A stretch of DNA of 53,719 nt, from contig JAQBRL010000021.1 in assembly GCA_028286525.1 (NCBI GenBank), positions 1-53,719 on the forward strand, written 5' to 3'. Shown here one piece after another: positions 25,999 to 35,903 of the stretch. Under the pieces are notes generated by a model that worked only from the letters and a program-made list of their open reading frames with translations, had not been told where the DNA came from and did no database searches. Each line of letters opens with the position of its first letter. Within the stretch, counting starts at the first letter, position 1. The position numbers were made by a program, and so were the translations under genes. The stretch is from Parcubacteria group bacterium. Its GTDB lineage: Bacteria; Patescibacteriota; Minisyncoccia; Phycocordibacterales; Phycocordibacteraceae.

Positions 25999-27101
25999 CC
26001 GTTGTCCTATTCATTCTCGTACTCGTCGCGCTCATCGTAGTGCATGAGTTCGGCCATTTCCTCGTCGCGAAGTGGTCGGGAATGAAAGTGGATGAATTCG
26101 GCATCGGGTACCCGCCGCGTGCCTGGGGTTTCAAAAAAGGGGAGACGGAGTACACGCTGAACTGGCTCCCGTTCGGCGGCTTCGTGCGCATCTATGGCGA
26201 GGACGAGCAGGACCGGGTAGAGGCGGCTCATGATTCCGCGCGAGCCTTTGGCTCACGCCCGCGCATCCTCCAAGCGCTCGTGCTTATCGCCGGCATCGCC
26301 ATGAACCTCATCTTCGCGTGGGTGCTGCTCACGACCACGCTTGCGCTCGGCACTCCGCAAGAGATCGACCCGAGCGACGTTGCGGGCGCTACGGACGTGG
26401 CGCTCCTCATCGCCGACGTGCTGCCCGGTTCTCCCGCGGCCGAGGCGGGCCTTAAGCCCGGCGACTCGATAACGCTCGCCACGATGGGCTCGCGCAACTA
26501 CACGACGCTCGACCCCCAAGCCTTCACGCAGTTCATCGCCGGGGACACCGATAACGAGCCGCTTACCATCCATGTGACGCGCGATGATAAGCCGCTCGTA
26601 CTCTTGGCACACCCGCGTGCAGGCATTCTTGCGAGCGCGCCCGCACGACCGGCGCTCGGCGTATCCGTTGCGCTGGTGGGTTCCGTGCCGGTTACCTGGT
26701 GGAAAGCGCCATGGGAAGGAGCGAAGCTCACGTGGGCGGTGACGAAACAAACCGCACAGGGTCTCTGGCACTTCTTCTACGGGCTCGCGACCTTCACTGC
26801 GGATCTTTCCCAAGTTTCCGGCCCCATCGGCATCGCGGGAGCGGTGGGTACCGCGTCCCGTCACGGCATCGCGGCGCTCCTCTCGCTTACGGCGGTCATT
26901 TCCATAAACCTGGCGCTCATAAACTTCTTGCCTATTCCTGCGCTCGACGGCGGACGGCTCCTCTTCGTCGTCATCGAAGCCATCATCCGCAGGCCGCTCC
27001 CCGCGTACGCAACGCGCGCGGTCAATACGGTCGGCTTCGGCTTGCTCATATTATTGATGCTGGTGGTGACCGCTCATGACGTGTTTAAAATATTCGGTTG
27101 A
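25995..27101 (+). CDS. rseP: Site-2 intramembrane metalloprotease RseP (M50, PDZ)
   Basis: HEFGH, PFGGFVRI, NFLPIPALDGG. Confidence 0.95.
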   Translation: MTVVLFILVLVALIVVHEFGHFLVAKWSGMKVDEFGIGYPPRAWGFKKGETEYTLNWLPFGGFVRIYGEDEQDRVEAAHDSARAFGSRPRILQALVLIAGIAMNLIFAWVLLTTTLALGTPQEIDPSDVAGATDVALLIADVLPGSPAAEAGLKPGDSITLATMGSRNYTTLDPQAFTQFIAGDTDNEPLTIHVTRDDKPLVLLAHPRAGILASAPARPALGVSVALVGSVPVTWWKAPWEGAKLTWAVTKQTAQGLWHFFYGLATFTADLSQVSGPIGIAGAVGTASRHGIAALLSLTAVISINLALINFLPIPALDGGRLLFVVIEAIIRRPLPAYATRAVNTVGFGLLILLMLVVTAHDVFKIFG

Positions 27102-27103
27102 AT

Positions 27104-27709
27104 ATGAAACAACTTGTATTCATTCATGGCGGCGAGACATTCGATACCTACGAAGCGTATCTAGATGCCCTCAAGAATGAGTACGTCTATGATCCTGAAG
27201 ACGAGAAGGGGAAGACTAAGCGCTGGAAGAATTCGCTTGCCGAGAAGCTTGGCGATAAGTGGGACGTGCATCTACCGCAGATGCCGTCAAAGTTCAACGC
27301 GAAATATTTGGAATGGTCCATTTGGTTCGAGAAAGTAATTCCGTATCTGCGTGATGAAATTATCCTTATTGGCCACTCGCTCGGAGGGATATTCCTTGCG
27401 AAATACCTTGCAGAGCACGAACTCCCGATACGCGTGAAGGCGACCTTCCTTATCGCAGCGCCGTTCGATACGCGCGATACAGACTATACGCTTTCAGACT
27501 TCACCTTGTCGGCCCTTGAGCCGCTTACGAAACATGCTGGAAAACTCTATCTCTATCACAGCAAGGACGACCCGGTCGTACCGTTCTCGGCGTTTGAGGC
27601 GTATCGCGAATTACTACCTACTGCTACTACGCGCGTCTTCGAGGACAGAGGGCATTTCATGCAGGAAAGCCTGCCAGAAATCCTGGAGGACATACGCTCA
27701 TTGGACTGA
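27104..27709 (+). CDS. Alpha/beta hydrolase (RBBP9/YdeN-like)
   Basis: IHGG, GHSLG, HSKDDPVVP, GHF. Confidence 0.9.
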   Translation: MKQLVFIHGGETFDTYEAYLDALKNEYVYDPEDEKGKTKRWKNSLAEKLGDKWDVHLPQMPSKFNAKYLEWSIWFEKVIPYLRDEIILIGHSLGGIFLAKYLAEHELPIRVKATFLIAAPFDTRDTDYTLSDFTLSALEPLTKHAGKLYLYHSKDDPVVPFSAFEAYRELLPTATTRVFEDRGHFMQESLPEILEDIRSLD

Positions 27710-27748
27710 TTTTGCCTTGCGTGGGCGGAGCCGTATACTCTAGGGGAC

Positions 27749-29038
27749 ATGCGGCAAAGCCAGCTTTTCACGAAGACGAGGAGGGAAGCTCCCAAAGACG
27801 AGGAGGCGAAGAACGCGCAGCTCCTTATCCGTGCCGGTTTCGTGCATAAGGAAATGGCGGGCGTCTATGCCTACTTGCCGCTCGGCCTGAAAGTACTCGA
27901 GAACCTCAAGCGCATCGTGCGCGAGGAGATGGATGCTATCGGCGGCCAGGAGCTCATCATGACCTCGCTTCAGCGCAAGGAACTCTGGGAAGTCACCGAT
28001 CGCTGGAACGACGAGAAGGTGGACGTGTGGTTCAAGTCCAAGCTTGCGAACGGCACCGAGGTCGGCTTCGGCTGGTCGCACGAGGAGCCCATCACCGACA
28101 TGATGAAGCGTTTCATCAACAGCTATCGCGACCTGCCTGCGTACGTCTATCAATTCCAAACGAAGCTGCGCAACGAGTTGCGGGCGAAGTCCGGCATCAT
28201 GCGCGGCCGCGAATTCGTAATGAAGGATATGTATTCCTACAACACGGACGAGGCGACCCACACGGCGTTCTATAATTCGGCTATCGAGGCATATAAGAAG
28301 GTATTCGCGCGTGTCGGCCTCGGGGACAAAACCTTCCTCACGGTCGCCTCGGGCGGTGCGTTCACGCAGTTCTCGCACGAGTTCCAGACTATTTCAGAGG
28401 TAGGAGAGGACACCATTTATGTACACCAAGAGAAGGGTATCGCTATCAATAAAGAGGTCATGACCGACGAGGTGCTCGCGCAGCTTACGGTGTCGCGCGA
28501 CGAACTCGAGGAGATGAAGTCGATCGAGGTCGGCAACATCTTCAACTTCGGCGGCATAAAATCGAAAGAGCTCGGCCTTTTCTATACGGACGAAGCGGGA
28601 GAGGAACTGCCGGTTCATCTGGGCTCCTACGGCATCGGCATCACGCGCTTGATGGGCGCCATGGTCGAACTGTTCGCGGACGAGAAGGGAATGGTATGGC
28701 CGGAAGCTGCAGCGCCCTTCCTCGTGCACCTGGTATCGGTAACCCCGAGCGACCCGGCAGCGGCCGCGTATGCGGACGCGCTGTATGACGACCTTATGAA
28801 GGCAGGCGTGGATGTGCTCTATGACGATCGCGACGCACGCGCAGGCGAGAAGCTTGCGGACGCGGACCTTATCGGCATTCCTGCGCGCGTTATAATCGGC
28901 AAGAATACGCTCGAAAGCGGAAAGATAGAATCGGTGTACCGCATGAACGGCGTGTCCACGCTGGTCACGCGCGAGGAACTCCTTGCGCTTGCGGCCGGCG
29001 CGCAGAAGCAGCATCGCTCGTCCCACGCGCATGGCTAA
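27749..29038 (+). CDS. proS: Proline--tRNA ligase (short form without editing domain)
   Basis: QLLIRAGF, QTKLRNELRAKSGIMRGREFVMKDMYS, GSYGIGITR. Confidence 0.95.
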   Translation: MRQSQLFTKTRREAPKDEEAKNAQLLIRAGFVHKEMAGVYAYLPLGLKVLENLKRIVREEMDAIGGQELIMTSLQRKELWEVTDRWNDEKVDVWFKSKLANGTEVGFGWSHEEPITDMMKRFINSYRDLPAYVYQFQTKLRNELRAKSGIMRGREFVMKDMYSYNTDEATHTAFYNSAIEAYKKVFARVGLGDKTFLTVASGGAFTQFSHEFQTISEVGEDTIYVHQEKGIAINKEVMTDEVLAQLTVSRDELEEMKSIEVGNIFNFGGIKSKELGLFYTDEAGEELPVHLGSYGIGITRLMGAMVELFADEKGMVWPEAAAPFLVHLVSVTPSDPAAAAYADALYDDLMKAGVDVLYDDRDARAGEKLADADLIGIPARVIIGKNTLESGKIESVYRMNGVSTLVTREELLALAAGAQKQHRSSHAHG

Positions 29039-30089
29039 GAAACGCTTCTCGCGCAACTCGCTCTTCTCAAGCGATATCGGTATCGATCTGGGCACCGCGA
29101 ACACGCTCGTGTACGTGCGCGGACGCGGCATCGTCATCGATGAACCCTCGGTCGTGACCCTCAACGAGAAGACGGGCCAGGTGGTCGCCGTAGGGAAGGA
29201 AGCGAAGGTCATGCTCGGAAAGACGCCCCCGCATATCCGCGCGGTGCGCCCTCTATCCCACGGCGTCATCTCGGACTTTGAAGTGACCGAGGAATTGCTC
29301 GCGTATCTCATCAATAAGGCGCAGGGCGGCCACTCGCGTCTGCTCGGGCCACGTGTGGTCATCGGCGTGCCTACCGGCGTCACGAACGTAGAGAGCCGCG
29401 CGGTGCGCGACGCAGCGCTTACCGCAGGAGCGCGCGAGGTGTACATCATGGAGGAGCCCATGGCAGGAGCCATAGGCGCGAAGCTTCCGGTCAACGAGCC
29501 CGTGGGCACCATGGTGCTCGACATCGGCGGTGGCACCACCGACATCGCAGTGCTCTCCCTGGGCGGCGCGGTGTCTTCGAAATCCTCTCATGTCGCGGGG
29601 GATCGCTTCAACGAGAACATCGCGGATTTCGTCCGCAGCGAATTCCAGCTCGCCATCGGAGAGAAGACCGCCGAGGAAACCAAGATAGCCATCGGAAGCG
29701 TGATACCGCTCGATGAGCCGCTCGAGCGCGCCGTGCGGGGTCGCGACCTCGCGACCGGCCTGCCGCGCGAAATAATCCTCACCGACGTGCACGTGCGCGA
29801 AGCGCTCGCTCCCTCTCTCGACAGTCTCATGGAGACGATGAAGGAAGTCATCGAGAACACGCCGCCGGAACTGCTTTCCGACGTGCTTGAGCGCGGCGTG
29901 ACGGTCTTCGGGGGTGGCGCGCTCCTGCGCGGCCTGCCGGAACTCCTCGCGAAGATGCTCGGCGTTCCCGTGCACGTCGCTCCGGACCCGCTTACCGCGG
30001 TGGTGCGCGGCACCGGCATCGTGACGGAGGACCCGCGTCCCTGGGCGGAAGTTTTCATGAACGAAGATGCCATTGTTTCGGAACGCTAA
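29031..30089 (+). CDS. mreB: Rod shape-determining protein MreB (copy 2)
   Basis: GIDLGTANT, DIGGGTT, ENTPPEL; upstream of mreC. Confidence 0.95.
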   Translation: MAKKRFSRNSLFSSDIGIDLGTANTLVYVRGRGIVIDEPSVVTLNEKTGQVVAVGKEAKVMLGKTPPHIRAVRPLSHGVISDFEVTEELLAYLINKAQGGHSRLLGPRVVIGVPTGVTNVESRAVRDAALTAGAREVYIMEEPMAGAIGAKLPVNEPVGTMVLDIGGGTTDIAVLSLGGAVSSKSSHVAGDRFNENIADFVRSEFQLAIGEKTAEETKIAIGSVIPLDEPLERAVRGRDLATGLPREIILTDVHVREALAPSLDSLMETMKEVIENTPPELLSDVLERGVTVFGGGALLRGLPELLAKMLGVPVHVAPDPLTAVVRGTGIVTEDPRPWAEVFMNEDAIVSER

Positions 30090-30867
30090 TCCCTATCGCA
30101 GGCGTACTGCCCTGATACCCGCAGGCGGTGTTTTTCTCATAGGTACCCTCATCGTGCTCGCGGTGCTCATGTTCCTGTTGCAGATCTTCGCGCCCGGACT
30201 TCTCGCGCGTGCCGCGGCTCCCGTGTGGCAGCTCGGTAACGGCATCGCCAGCGGATTCGCTGCAGGCACGAGCGTGTTCGGTAACGCCCCGGAACTGACG
30301 CGCGAGCGCGATACGCTCGCGGCGCAGAACCTCGCGCTTGCCGAAGATAATCGGACGCTTACCGCGAAGAACGCCGATCTCGAGGCGCTCATAGGCGCCG
30401 CGCCGCCTCCCGAGCACCGCATCCTTGCGGGCGTGCTCGCGCGACCGCCCGTCTCTCCCTATGACACCCTCGTCGTGGACGCTGGTTCCGGCAAAGGAGT
30501 CGTTGTCGGCGCGCTCGCATACGGTCCCGGCGGCGTGCCGCTCGGTACCGTCGCAAGCGCGTCGGACGTATCCGCTCATATCGCGCTTTTCTCCACGGGC
30601 GGCAGGGTTACGGAGGGGTGGGTAGGGGATACCCGCATTCCTATTACGCTTACGGGTCGCGGAGGCGGCGCGTTCGACGCAACGCTTCCGCGCAACAGCG
30701 GCATCGCAGTGAACGCGGTGGTATACGTGCCCGGCCCGGGCGCGCTTCCGGTCGGAACCGTCGTGCGCATCGACAGCAGTCCGTCTTCGCCGCGCGATAC
30801 CATCTACATCGCCCCGTACGTGAATCTCTATGCGCTGACCTGGGTCATGGTCGCATCGCATCCCTAG
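30067..30867 (+). CDS. mreC: Rod shape-determining protein MreC
   Basis: TM helix, coiled coil, RPPVSPYDTLVVDAGSGKGV; position after mreB. Confidence 0.88.
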   Translation: MPLFRNANPYRRRTALIPAGGVFLIGTLIVLAVLMFLLQIFAPGLLARAAAPVWQLGNGIASGFAAGTSVFGNAPELTRERDTLAAQNLALAEDNRTLTAKNADLEALIGAAPPPEHRILAGVLARPPVSPYDTLVVDAGSGKGVVVGALAYGPGGVPLGTVASASDVSAHIALFSTGGRVTEGWVGDTRIPITLTGRGGGAFDATLPRNSGIAVNAVVYVPGPGALPVGTVVRIDSSPSSPRDTIYIAPYVNLYALTWVMVASHP

Positions 30868-30868
30868 C

Positions 30869-31120
30869 ATGCGCACGACTCTCGCCATCATTCTCGCGCT
30901 GGTAAGTCCGCTGGTCTTTCCGGCGGCGCTTACCCTCGTCGTCGTGCTCATCGCCTCCGTCCTCGTGCCGCCGGTAGGGCTCCTTGCAGGCGTGCTCACG
31001 GACGCGCTCTACTGGACGCCGAGCGTTTCGGTCCCGTACGCGACGATCGCCGGCCTATGCGCGAGCGTCCTCGGGTATGCCGTGCACCAGTTCATCAAAA
31101 CGCGTATTATAACCGGATGA
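30869..31120 (+). CDS. Small hydrophobic protein in the mreD position
   Basis: Three TM segments, GVLTDAL motif, between mreC and PBP2. Confidence 0.65.
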   Translation: MRTTLAIILALVSPLVFPAALTLVVVLIASVLVPPVGLLAGVLTDALYWTPSVSVPYATIAGLCASVLGYAVHQFIKTRIITG

Positions 31121-32787
31121 AGTTCGGCGGCAGACGCAGGCGGCGGGATCCGGAATTAGCGCCGGATGAGATATTCCTCGATTCCTCGAACCTGCCCGAT
31201 TTCGACCAGAGCCGCCTGGAAGGCCGCCTCGAACGCCCGATTTCCCAGAAGACGTTTGCCGGCGTGGCGGTCGTCGTAGGGCTCATGTTCATCGCGCTGG
31301 TCGCGCAGGCGGCGAACCTCGAAGTGATAAAAGGAAGCACGTATGCGCAGCAGAGCGAGAAGAACCGGCTTCGTCCGGGCATTCTTTTCGCCGAGCGCGG
31401 CGCCATCCTCGACCGCAACGGCGTACCGCTGGTCAGCAACGAAGCGACCGCGGACGGGAGCGTGCAGCGCGTATACAAGACACCCGGTTTCTCCCATCTG
31501 CTCGGGTACGTTTCCTATCCGCGGAAGGACTCGTCGGGGCATTACTACAACACCGACATCACCGGACTCGCCGGTATCGAAGCGGCTTTCAACAGCACGC
31601 TCGCGGGTATCAACGGCACGCTCCTGGTAGAGGAGAATGCGCTCGGCAAGACCACGTCCGAAGGTACGGTCAAGCCGCCGGTCAATGGCCAGAACCTGAC
31701 CCTTTCCATCGATTCTCGGGCGCAGGATGCGTTCTATCACGCGATATCGCAGCTTGCCGACAAGATCCCGTTCCAAGGCGGCTCCGGCATCCTGCTCGAT
31801 GTGAACACCGGCGAGATACGCGCGCTCGTCTCGTATCCTGAATACGATCCGAACGTCTTGTCTTCCGGCGGGCCGTCGGACGTCATCGCGTCCTATGCAA
31901 GCGACACGCGTCAGCCGTACCTCGACCGCGCGGTGACCGGATTGTATACGCCCGGCTCCATCGTGAAGCCCATAGAAGCGTCCGGCGCGCTTACGGACGG
32001 CATCATCACCCCCGAGTACACCATCAACGACCCAGGGTACCTCAGCATTCCGAATCCATACGACGCATCGCATCCAAATATCTTCAAGGACTGGAAAGCC
32101 ATCGGCGTCGAGGACCTCCGCAAGGCCATCGCGTTCTCGTCCGACGTGTATTTCTACACGGTGGGCGGCGGGTACGGGAGCCAGAAAGGGCTCGGTATCG
32201 AACGCCTGAAGTACTGGTACCAGACGTTCGGCTTCACGAAGCCGACCGGGGTCGAGCTGCCGCGGGAAGCATCGGGATTCGTGCCGGACCCGGCGTGGAA
32301 ACTCAAGACCTATAAGCAGCAATGGAATATCGGCGACACGTACCACACCGCCATCGGGCAGTACGCTATGCAGGTCACGCCTATCGAAGCGGCGCGTGCC
32401 ATCGCTGCGATAGCGAACGGCGGCAAGCTCATTAAGCCCACGGTCCTCGCGAATCAAAGTCCGCAAGGAGAATCCATCGCCGTGTCGCCCGCCGCGCTCC
32501 AGGTCGTGCGCGAAGGTATGCGGCAGGGCGCGCTCGAAGGTACATCCATCGGGCTATCCGACCTTTCGTTCGTGCATATAGCAGGGAAGACCGGTACTGC
32601 GCAGCTCGGGCTCCATAACGAGTACTACAACTCCTGGGCAGTCGGATTCTTTCCGTATGAAAATCCCAAGTATGTCTATGTCGTGGTGATGGAGCACGGA
32701 CCCTCCGGCAACGCGCTCGGCGGCATTTATGCGGTGCATCAGGCGCTCTCGGAACTTCACTCCACCGCTCCCGAATATTTCCAATAG
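31117..32787 (+). CDS. mrdA: Penicillin-binding protein 2
   Basis: AERGAILDRNG, PGSIVKP (SxxK), SSDVYFY, GKTGTAQ. Confidence 0.92.
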   Translation: MKFGGRRRRRDPELAPDEIFLDSSNLPDFDQSRLEGRLERPISQKTFAGVAVVVGLMFIALVAQAANLEVIKGSTYAQQSEKNRLRPGILFAERGAILDRNGVPLVSNEATADGSVQRVYKTPGFSHLLGYVSYPRKDSSGHYYNTDITGLAGIEAAFNSTLAGINGTLLVEENALGKTTSEGTVKPPVNGQNLTLSIDSRAQDAFYHAISQLADKIPFQGGSGILLDVNTGEIRALVSYPEYDPNVLSSGGPSDVIASYASDTRQPYLDRAVTGLYTPGSIVKPIEASGALTDGIITPEYTINDPGYLSIPNPYDASHPNIFKDWKAIGVEDLRKAIAFSSDVYFYTVGGGYGSQKGLGIERLKYWYQTFGFTKPTGVELPREASGFVPDPAWKLKTYKQQWNIGDTYHTAIGQYAMQVTPIEAARAIAAIANGGKLIKPTVLANQSPQGESIAVSPAALQVVREGMRQGALEGTSIGLSDLSFVHIAGKTGTAQLGLHNEYYNSWAVGFFPYENPKYVYVVVMEHGPSGNALGGIYAVHQALSELHSTAPEYFQ

Positions 32788-32794
32788 AGAAGCC

Positions 32795-32966
32795 AAAGAG
32801 AAACGACGCCCGTGAGGACGCCGTCTGGGTGCATCTGCGCACCCGCTAGAAGATCCACCGTATGACCCAGGCGAGGAGCGTAGGACGCTCCTTCGTCCCG
32901 AACCAATAGCGGTGATTGCCTGTCGAGGTGATTCGCATGGGGGAGCCTTTCCCGTTCGAGGATCAG
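32795..32966 (-). ncRNA. Candidate small RNA divergent from greA
   Basis: TTGCGC-N16-TATAGT (32972-32999), several hairpins, terminal hairpin plus T-tract (32795-32826). Confidence 0.45.
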
Positions 32967-33003
32967 TTTTCACTATACGTATAGGTACCTGGCGCGCAAG
33001 TCA

Positions 33004-33031
33004 TTGACGCGCCCTCGGGCTCCCGTACAAT
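33004..33031 (+). promoter_or_regulatory. Sigma-70 promoter of greA
   Basis: TTGACG-N16-TACAAT. Confidence 0.65.
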
Positions 33032-33062
33032 ACCTACACGCATTAGTCAGAAGCATATTTAC

Positions 33063-33533
33063 ATGACCGACCAGGATACGATTGTGAGCCAGGAGAAGTT
33101 CGATGAGATGCTCGCCGAGCTCGACAACCTCAAGACCGTGCGCCGCACCGAGATAGCCAAGAATCTCGAATACGCCCGTTCCCTCGGTGACCTTTCCGAG
33201 AACGCGGAGTATCAGGAAGCCCGCGAATTGCAGGCGGCGACCGAGGAACGTATCCGCAAGCTCGAAGAGCTCGTGAAGCGCGCCCACATCATGACGGACG
33301 GGAAGAAGAAGGATGTCGTCGGATTCGGGTCCGCGGTCTCCATCAAGAAAGAGGACGGGGGAGACGTGCATGAGTACACCATCGTCGGTTCCGAGGAGGC
33401 CGATATGCGGGCGCATAAGCTCTCGCATGTATCGCCGCTTGGCGCCGCCATCATGGGCAAGAAGAAGGGCGAGGTCTTCACGTTCGAGACGCCCAACGGC
33501 AAGCAGACCTACTCCATCGAGAAAGTCTCCTAG
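33063..33533 (+). CDS. greA: Transcription elongation factor GreA
   Basis: GDLSENAEY, SPLGAAIMGKKKG. Confidence 0.96.
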   Translation: MTDQDTIVSQEKFDEMLAELDNLKTVRRTEIAKNLEYARSLGDLSENAEYQEARELQAATEERIRKLEELVKRAHIMTDGKKKDVVGFGSAVSIKKEDGGDVHEYTIVGSEEADMRAHKLSHVSPLGAAIMGKKKGEVFTFETPNGKQTYSIEKVS

Positions 33534-33535
33534 GC

Positions 33536-33659
33536 AGAAGTTCCAAAACTACTCCATCTGCGTTGTTACGAGTTCGTGCTCGTTCGTCACCGTACTGTTT
33601 GTACGGCTCCTCGCTCGCATTCCTCACGCCTAGCATCTGAAGCAGTTTTGATTCTTCTG
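33536..33659. repeat. Imperfect long palindrome (REP/MITE-like)
   Basis: cagaagttccaaaactact ... agcagttttgattcttctg termini; central ccgtac/gtacgg stem. Confidence 0.55.
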
Positions 33660-33712
33660 GAGTTAAAAGATGAAAGGGCGGTCCGTGAGGACCGCCCTTT
33701 GCCGTACGCCCT

Positions 33713-34120
33713 CTACTGGACCGTACGTGATGCCTGTACGCAGATCTGATGCAGGCGCAAGAAGTAGTCAGTCAGGTGAACCCCCTCGAACCTGCCATTG
33801 ATCAGGCGGCGTGGATTCACGATGCAGACGGTATCGGCGCGCACCGTCCAGTTCATGTTCGCCATGAGCCAGTTCAAGAGGCGTTCGTCGAGGTCAGAGC
33901 CCATTTTTCCCTTGATGCAGAGCTCATGGACGTAGGGATGGCCGTAGCGCTCGCTGACGGCACCGAGCACCAGTAGATGGGAACCGGTAGGTGCGCACGG
34001 GTCACTACCGGTCAGGCGCCTGGTTTCGAAGTTAAGGTGCGCCATGTCCGATTCGATTAATTCCAGCCCTTGGATAGCCGGTACGCATTCTACGTGTGCA
34101 GCGATTACTTTCGTGTTCAT
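33713..34120 (-). CDS. Hypothetical protein
   Basis: GGGGAG RBS; terminator hairpin 33673-33700. Confidence 0.6.
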   Translation of the reverse strand: MNTKVIAAHVECVPAIQGLELIESDMAHLNFETRRLTGSDPCAPTGSHLLVLGAVSERYGHPYVHELCIKGKMGSDLDERLLNWLMANMNWTVRADTVCIVNPRRLINGRFEGVHLTDYFLRLHQICVQASRTVQ

Positions 34121-34218
34121 CAACGTTCTCCCCATACTTCAAAGATCTTTTTGCCGAAGCGACAAACGAAAATCCCGGCCATTTCTGGTCGGGATTTTCG
34201 CTTCAAGTCTTCAACTGC

Positions 34219-34317
34219 TTACTTGGAGACCTCAAGCGAAACCCCGACCGGTCGAAGGAGACCGACGTAGACGAAGATTGCGAGAATCCAGCGGTTGAGG
34301 GTTGCTTGGGAAAACAT
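34219..34317 (-). CDS. 32-aa hydrophobic peptide
   Basis: MFSQATLNRWILAIFVYVGLLRPVGVSLEVSK*; TTGACA-N16-TATACT upstream and strong hairpin 34166-34200 downstream. Confidence 0.45.
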   Translation of the reverse strand: MFSQATLNRWILAIFVYVGLLRPVGVSLEVSK

Positions 34318-34394
34318 TAGTAGAAGTATATTACTGCATGAATTTCTGTCAAAGCGGGACCATTGCGCAACCGGGTTCAGCGGCTCTTCATCCG

Positions 34395-34461
34395 GTGGGG
34401 ATAACATACGGGCTAGTGGGAGGAAGTGTCATATAATTCCATACTAGTGGGATGAAGTGGG
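34395..34461 (+). promoter_or_regulatory. MraZ-binding GTGGG repeats in the dcw promoter
   Basis: GTGGG at 34395, 34416, 34447 and 34457 around TATAAT; tagtggga.gaagtg direct repeat. Confidence 0.75.
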
Positions 34462-34513
34462 AAGAGCCGTTTTCTTCTTCTTTGCCGGTCCTTCTTAACC
34501 CTCACGCTTTTCT

Positions 34514-34948
34514 ATGTTCATCGGCGAATACCGTCACACGTTCGACAGCAAGAACCGCATATCGCTTCCCGCCAAGTTTCGAAAGGAACTCGGTTCTTCT
34601 GTCGTCGTCACGCGCGGACTCGACCGATGCCTCTTTGTCTATCCCAAGGCCGCCTGGAAAAAGCAGGCCGAACGCATCGCGGTGCACTCGACCGGAGGCG
34701 CCGCGGGCCGCGGGCTGTCGCGTCTTATGCTTGCGGGAGCCGTGGAAGCGGACGTCGATAGCGCCGGCCGCATCCTCGTGCCGGATTATCTTCGCTCCTT
34801 CGCTGCGCTCAAGGAGAAGAGCGTGGTCGCAGGCGTGAACGACCGCGTGGAAGTCTGGGACGAGCGTGCGTGGGCCGCCTACACCAAGGCCATCGAACGG
34901 GACGCCGACCAGTTCGCCGAGAGCCTCGGCTCCCAGGGAGCTCTCTAG
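34514..34948 (+). CDS. mraZ: Division/cell wall cluster repressor MraZ
   Basis: MFIGEYRHTFDSKNRISLPAKFR, DSAGRILVP. Confidence 0.96.
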   Translation: MFIGEYRHTFDSKNRISLPAKFRKELGSSVVVTRGLDRCLFVYPKAAWKKQAERIAVHSTGGAAGRGLSRLMLAGAVEADVDSAGRILVPDYLRSFAALKEKSVVAGVNDRVEVWDERAWAAYTKAIERDADQFAESLGSQGAL

Positions 34949-34952
34949 CGCT

Positions 34953-35903
34953 ATGGAAACCCGTCACGACAGCGTCCTTTTGCATGAAGCCATCGCGCAG
35001 CTGAATGTCCAGCCGGGCGACGTGGCGGTGGACGCGACGCTCGGAGGGGCAGGGCATTTCCGCGAGCTTGCGGTCGCGCTCGGGCATTCCGGCACCTTGG
35101 TGGGTATCGACGCCGATCAGGCGTCCATCGAGCGCGCGGAGACGGTAGTGAAGGAATTCGGTGACCAGGGTCCTACCGTCCATCTGGTGAAGGACAATTT
35201 CCGTGATCTCGCTCGTATTCTCGACGACCTCGATCTTCCGTGCCTCGATCGTGCGCTTTTCGACCTCGGCTGGAACTCCTTTCAGCTTTCGGCGGGCCGC
35301 GGGTTCTCATTCCGTGCGGACGAGCCGCTCCTGATGACCTACGGCGAGCCGGAGCAAGGGAAGACCGCTGCCGACTTGGTGAACTCCCTTCCGGAGGAAG
35401 AACTCGCCGACCTCATCTATACCTACGGCGAGGAGCGTTTCTCGCGCGGCATCGCGCGCTCCATCGTGGAGACCCGCAAGCACACGCGCATCCTGACCAC
35501 GCTCGCGCTTGCGGAAGCGGTGGAGCGCGGCACTCCCTCCTGGTACCAGAACCGGCGCTTGCATCCGGCCACCAAGACCTTCCAGGCGCTCCGTATCGCG
35601 ACCAACGACGAGCTCGGGGCACTTCGCGAGGGTCTCGCCGCTGCGCTCGAACGGCTTACGCAGGGAGGCCGCATCGCCGTCATCACCTTCCACAGCATCG
35701 AGGACCGCATCGTGAAGGGCGTGATGAAGGACGCGGCCTACGCGGGGCAGGGAAGCCTCGTGACCCGCAAGCCTATGGTCCCGTCCCCCGAGGAGCTCAC
35801 GGCGAACCCGCGTGCGCGCAGCGCGAAGCTACGCGTCTTCGAGCGGTGTAACGGTGAAGGCGTCTGCATTACTAAACCCACTAGCGTCCATATGTATGTC
35901 TAA
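34953..35903 (+). CDS. rsmH: 16S rRNA m4C1402 methyltransferase
   Basis: DATLGGAGH, HPATKTFQALRI, FHSIEDR, NPRARSAKLR. Confidence 0.96.
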   Translation: METRHDSVLLHEAIAQLNVQPGDVAVDATLGGAGHFRELAVALGHSGTLVGIDADQASIERAETVVKEFGDQGPTVHLVKDNFRDLARILDDLDLPCLDRALFDLGWNSFQLSAGRGFSFRADEPLLMTYGEPEQGKTAADLVNSLPEEELADLIYTYGEERFSRGIARSIVETRKHTRILTTLALAEAVERGTPSWYQNRRLHPATKTFQALRIATNDELGALREGLAAALERLTQGGRIAVITFHSIEDRIVKGVMKDAAYAGQGSLVTRKPMVPSPEELTANPRARSAKLRVFERCNGEGVCITKPTSVHMYV

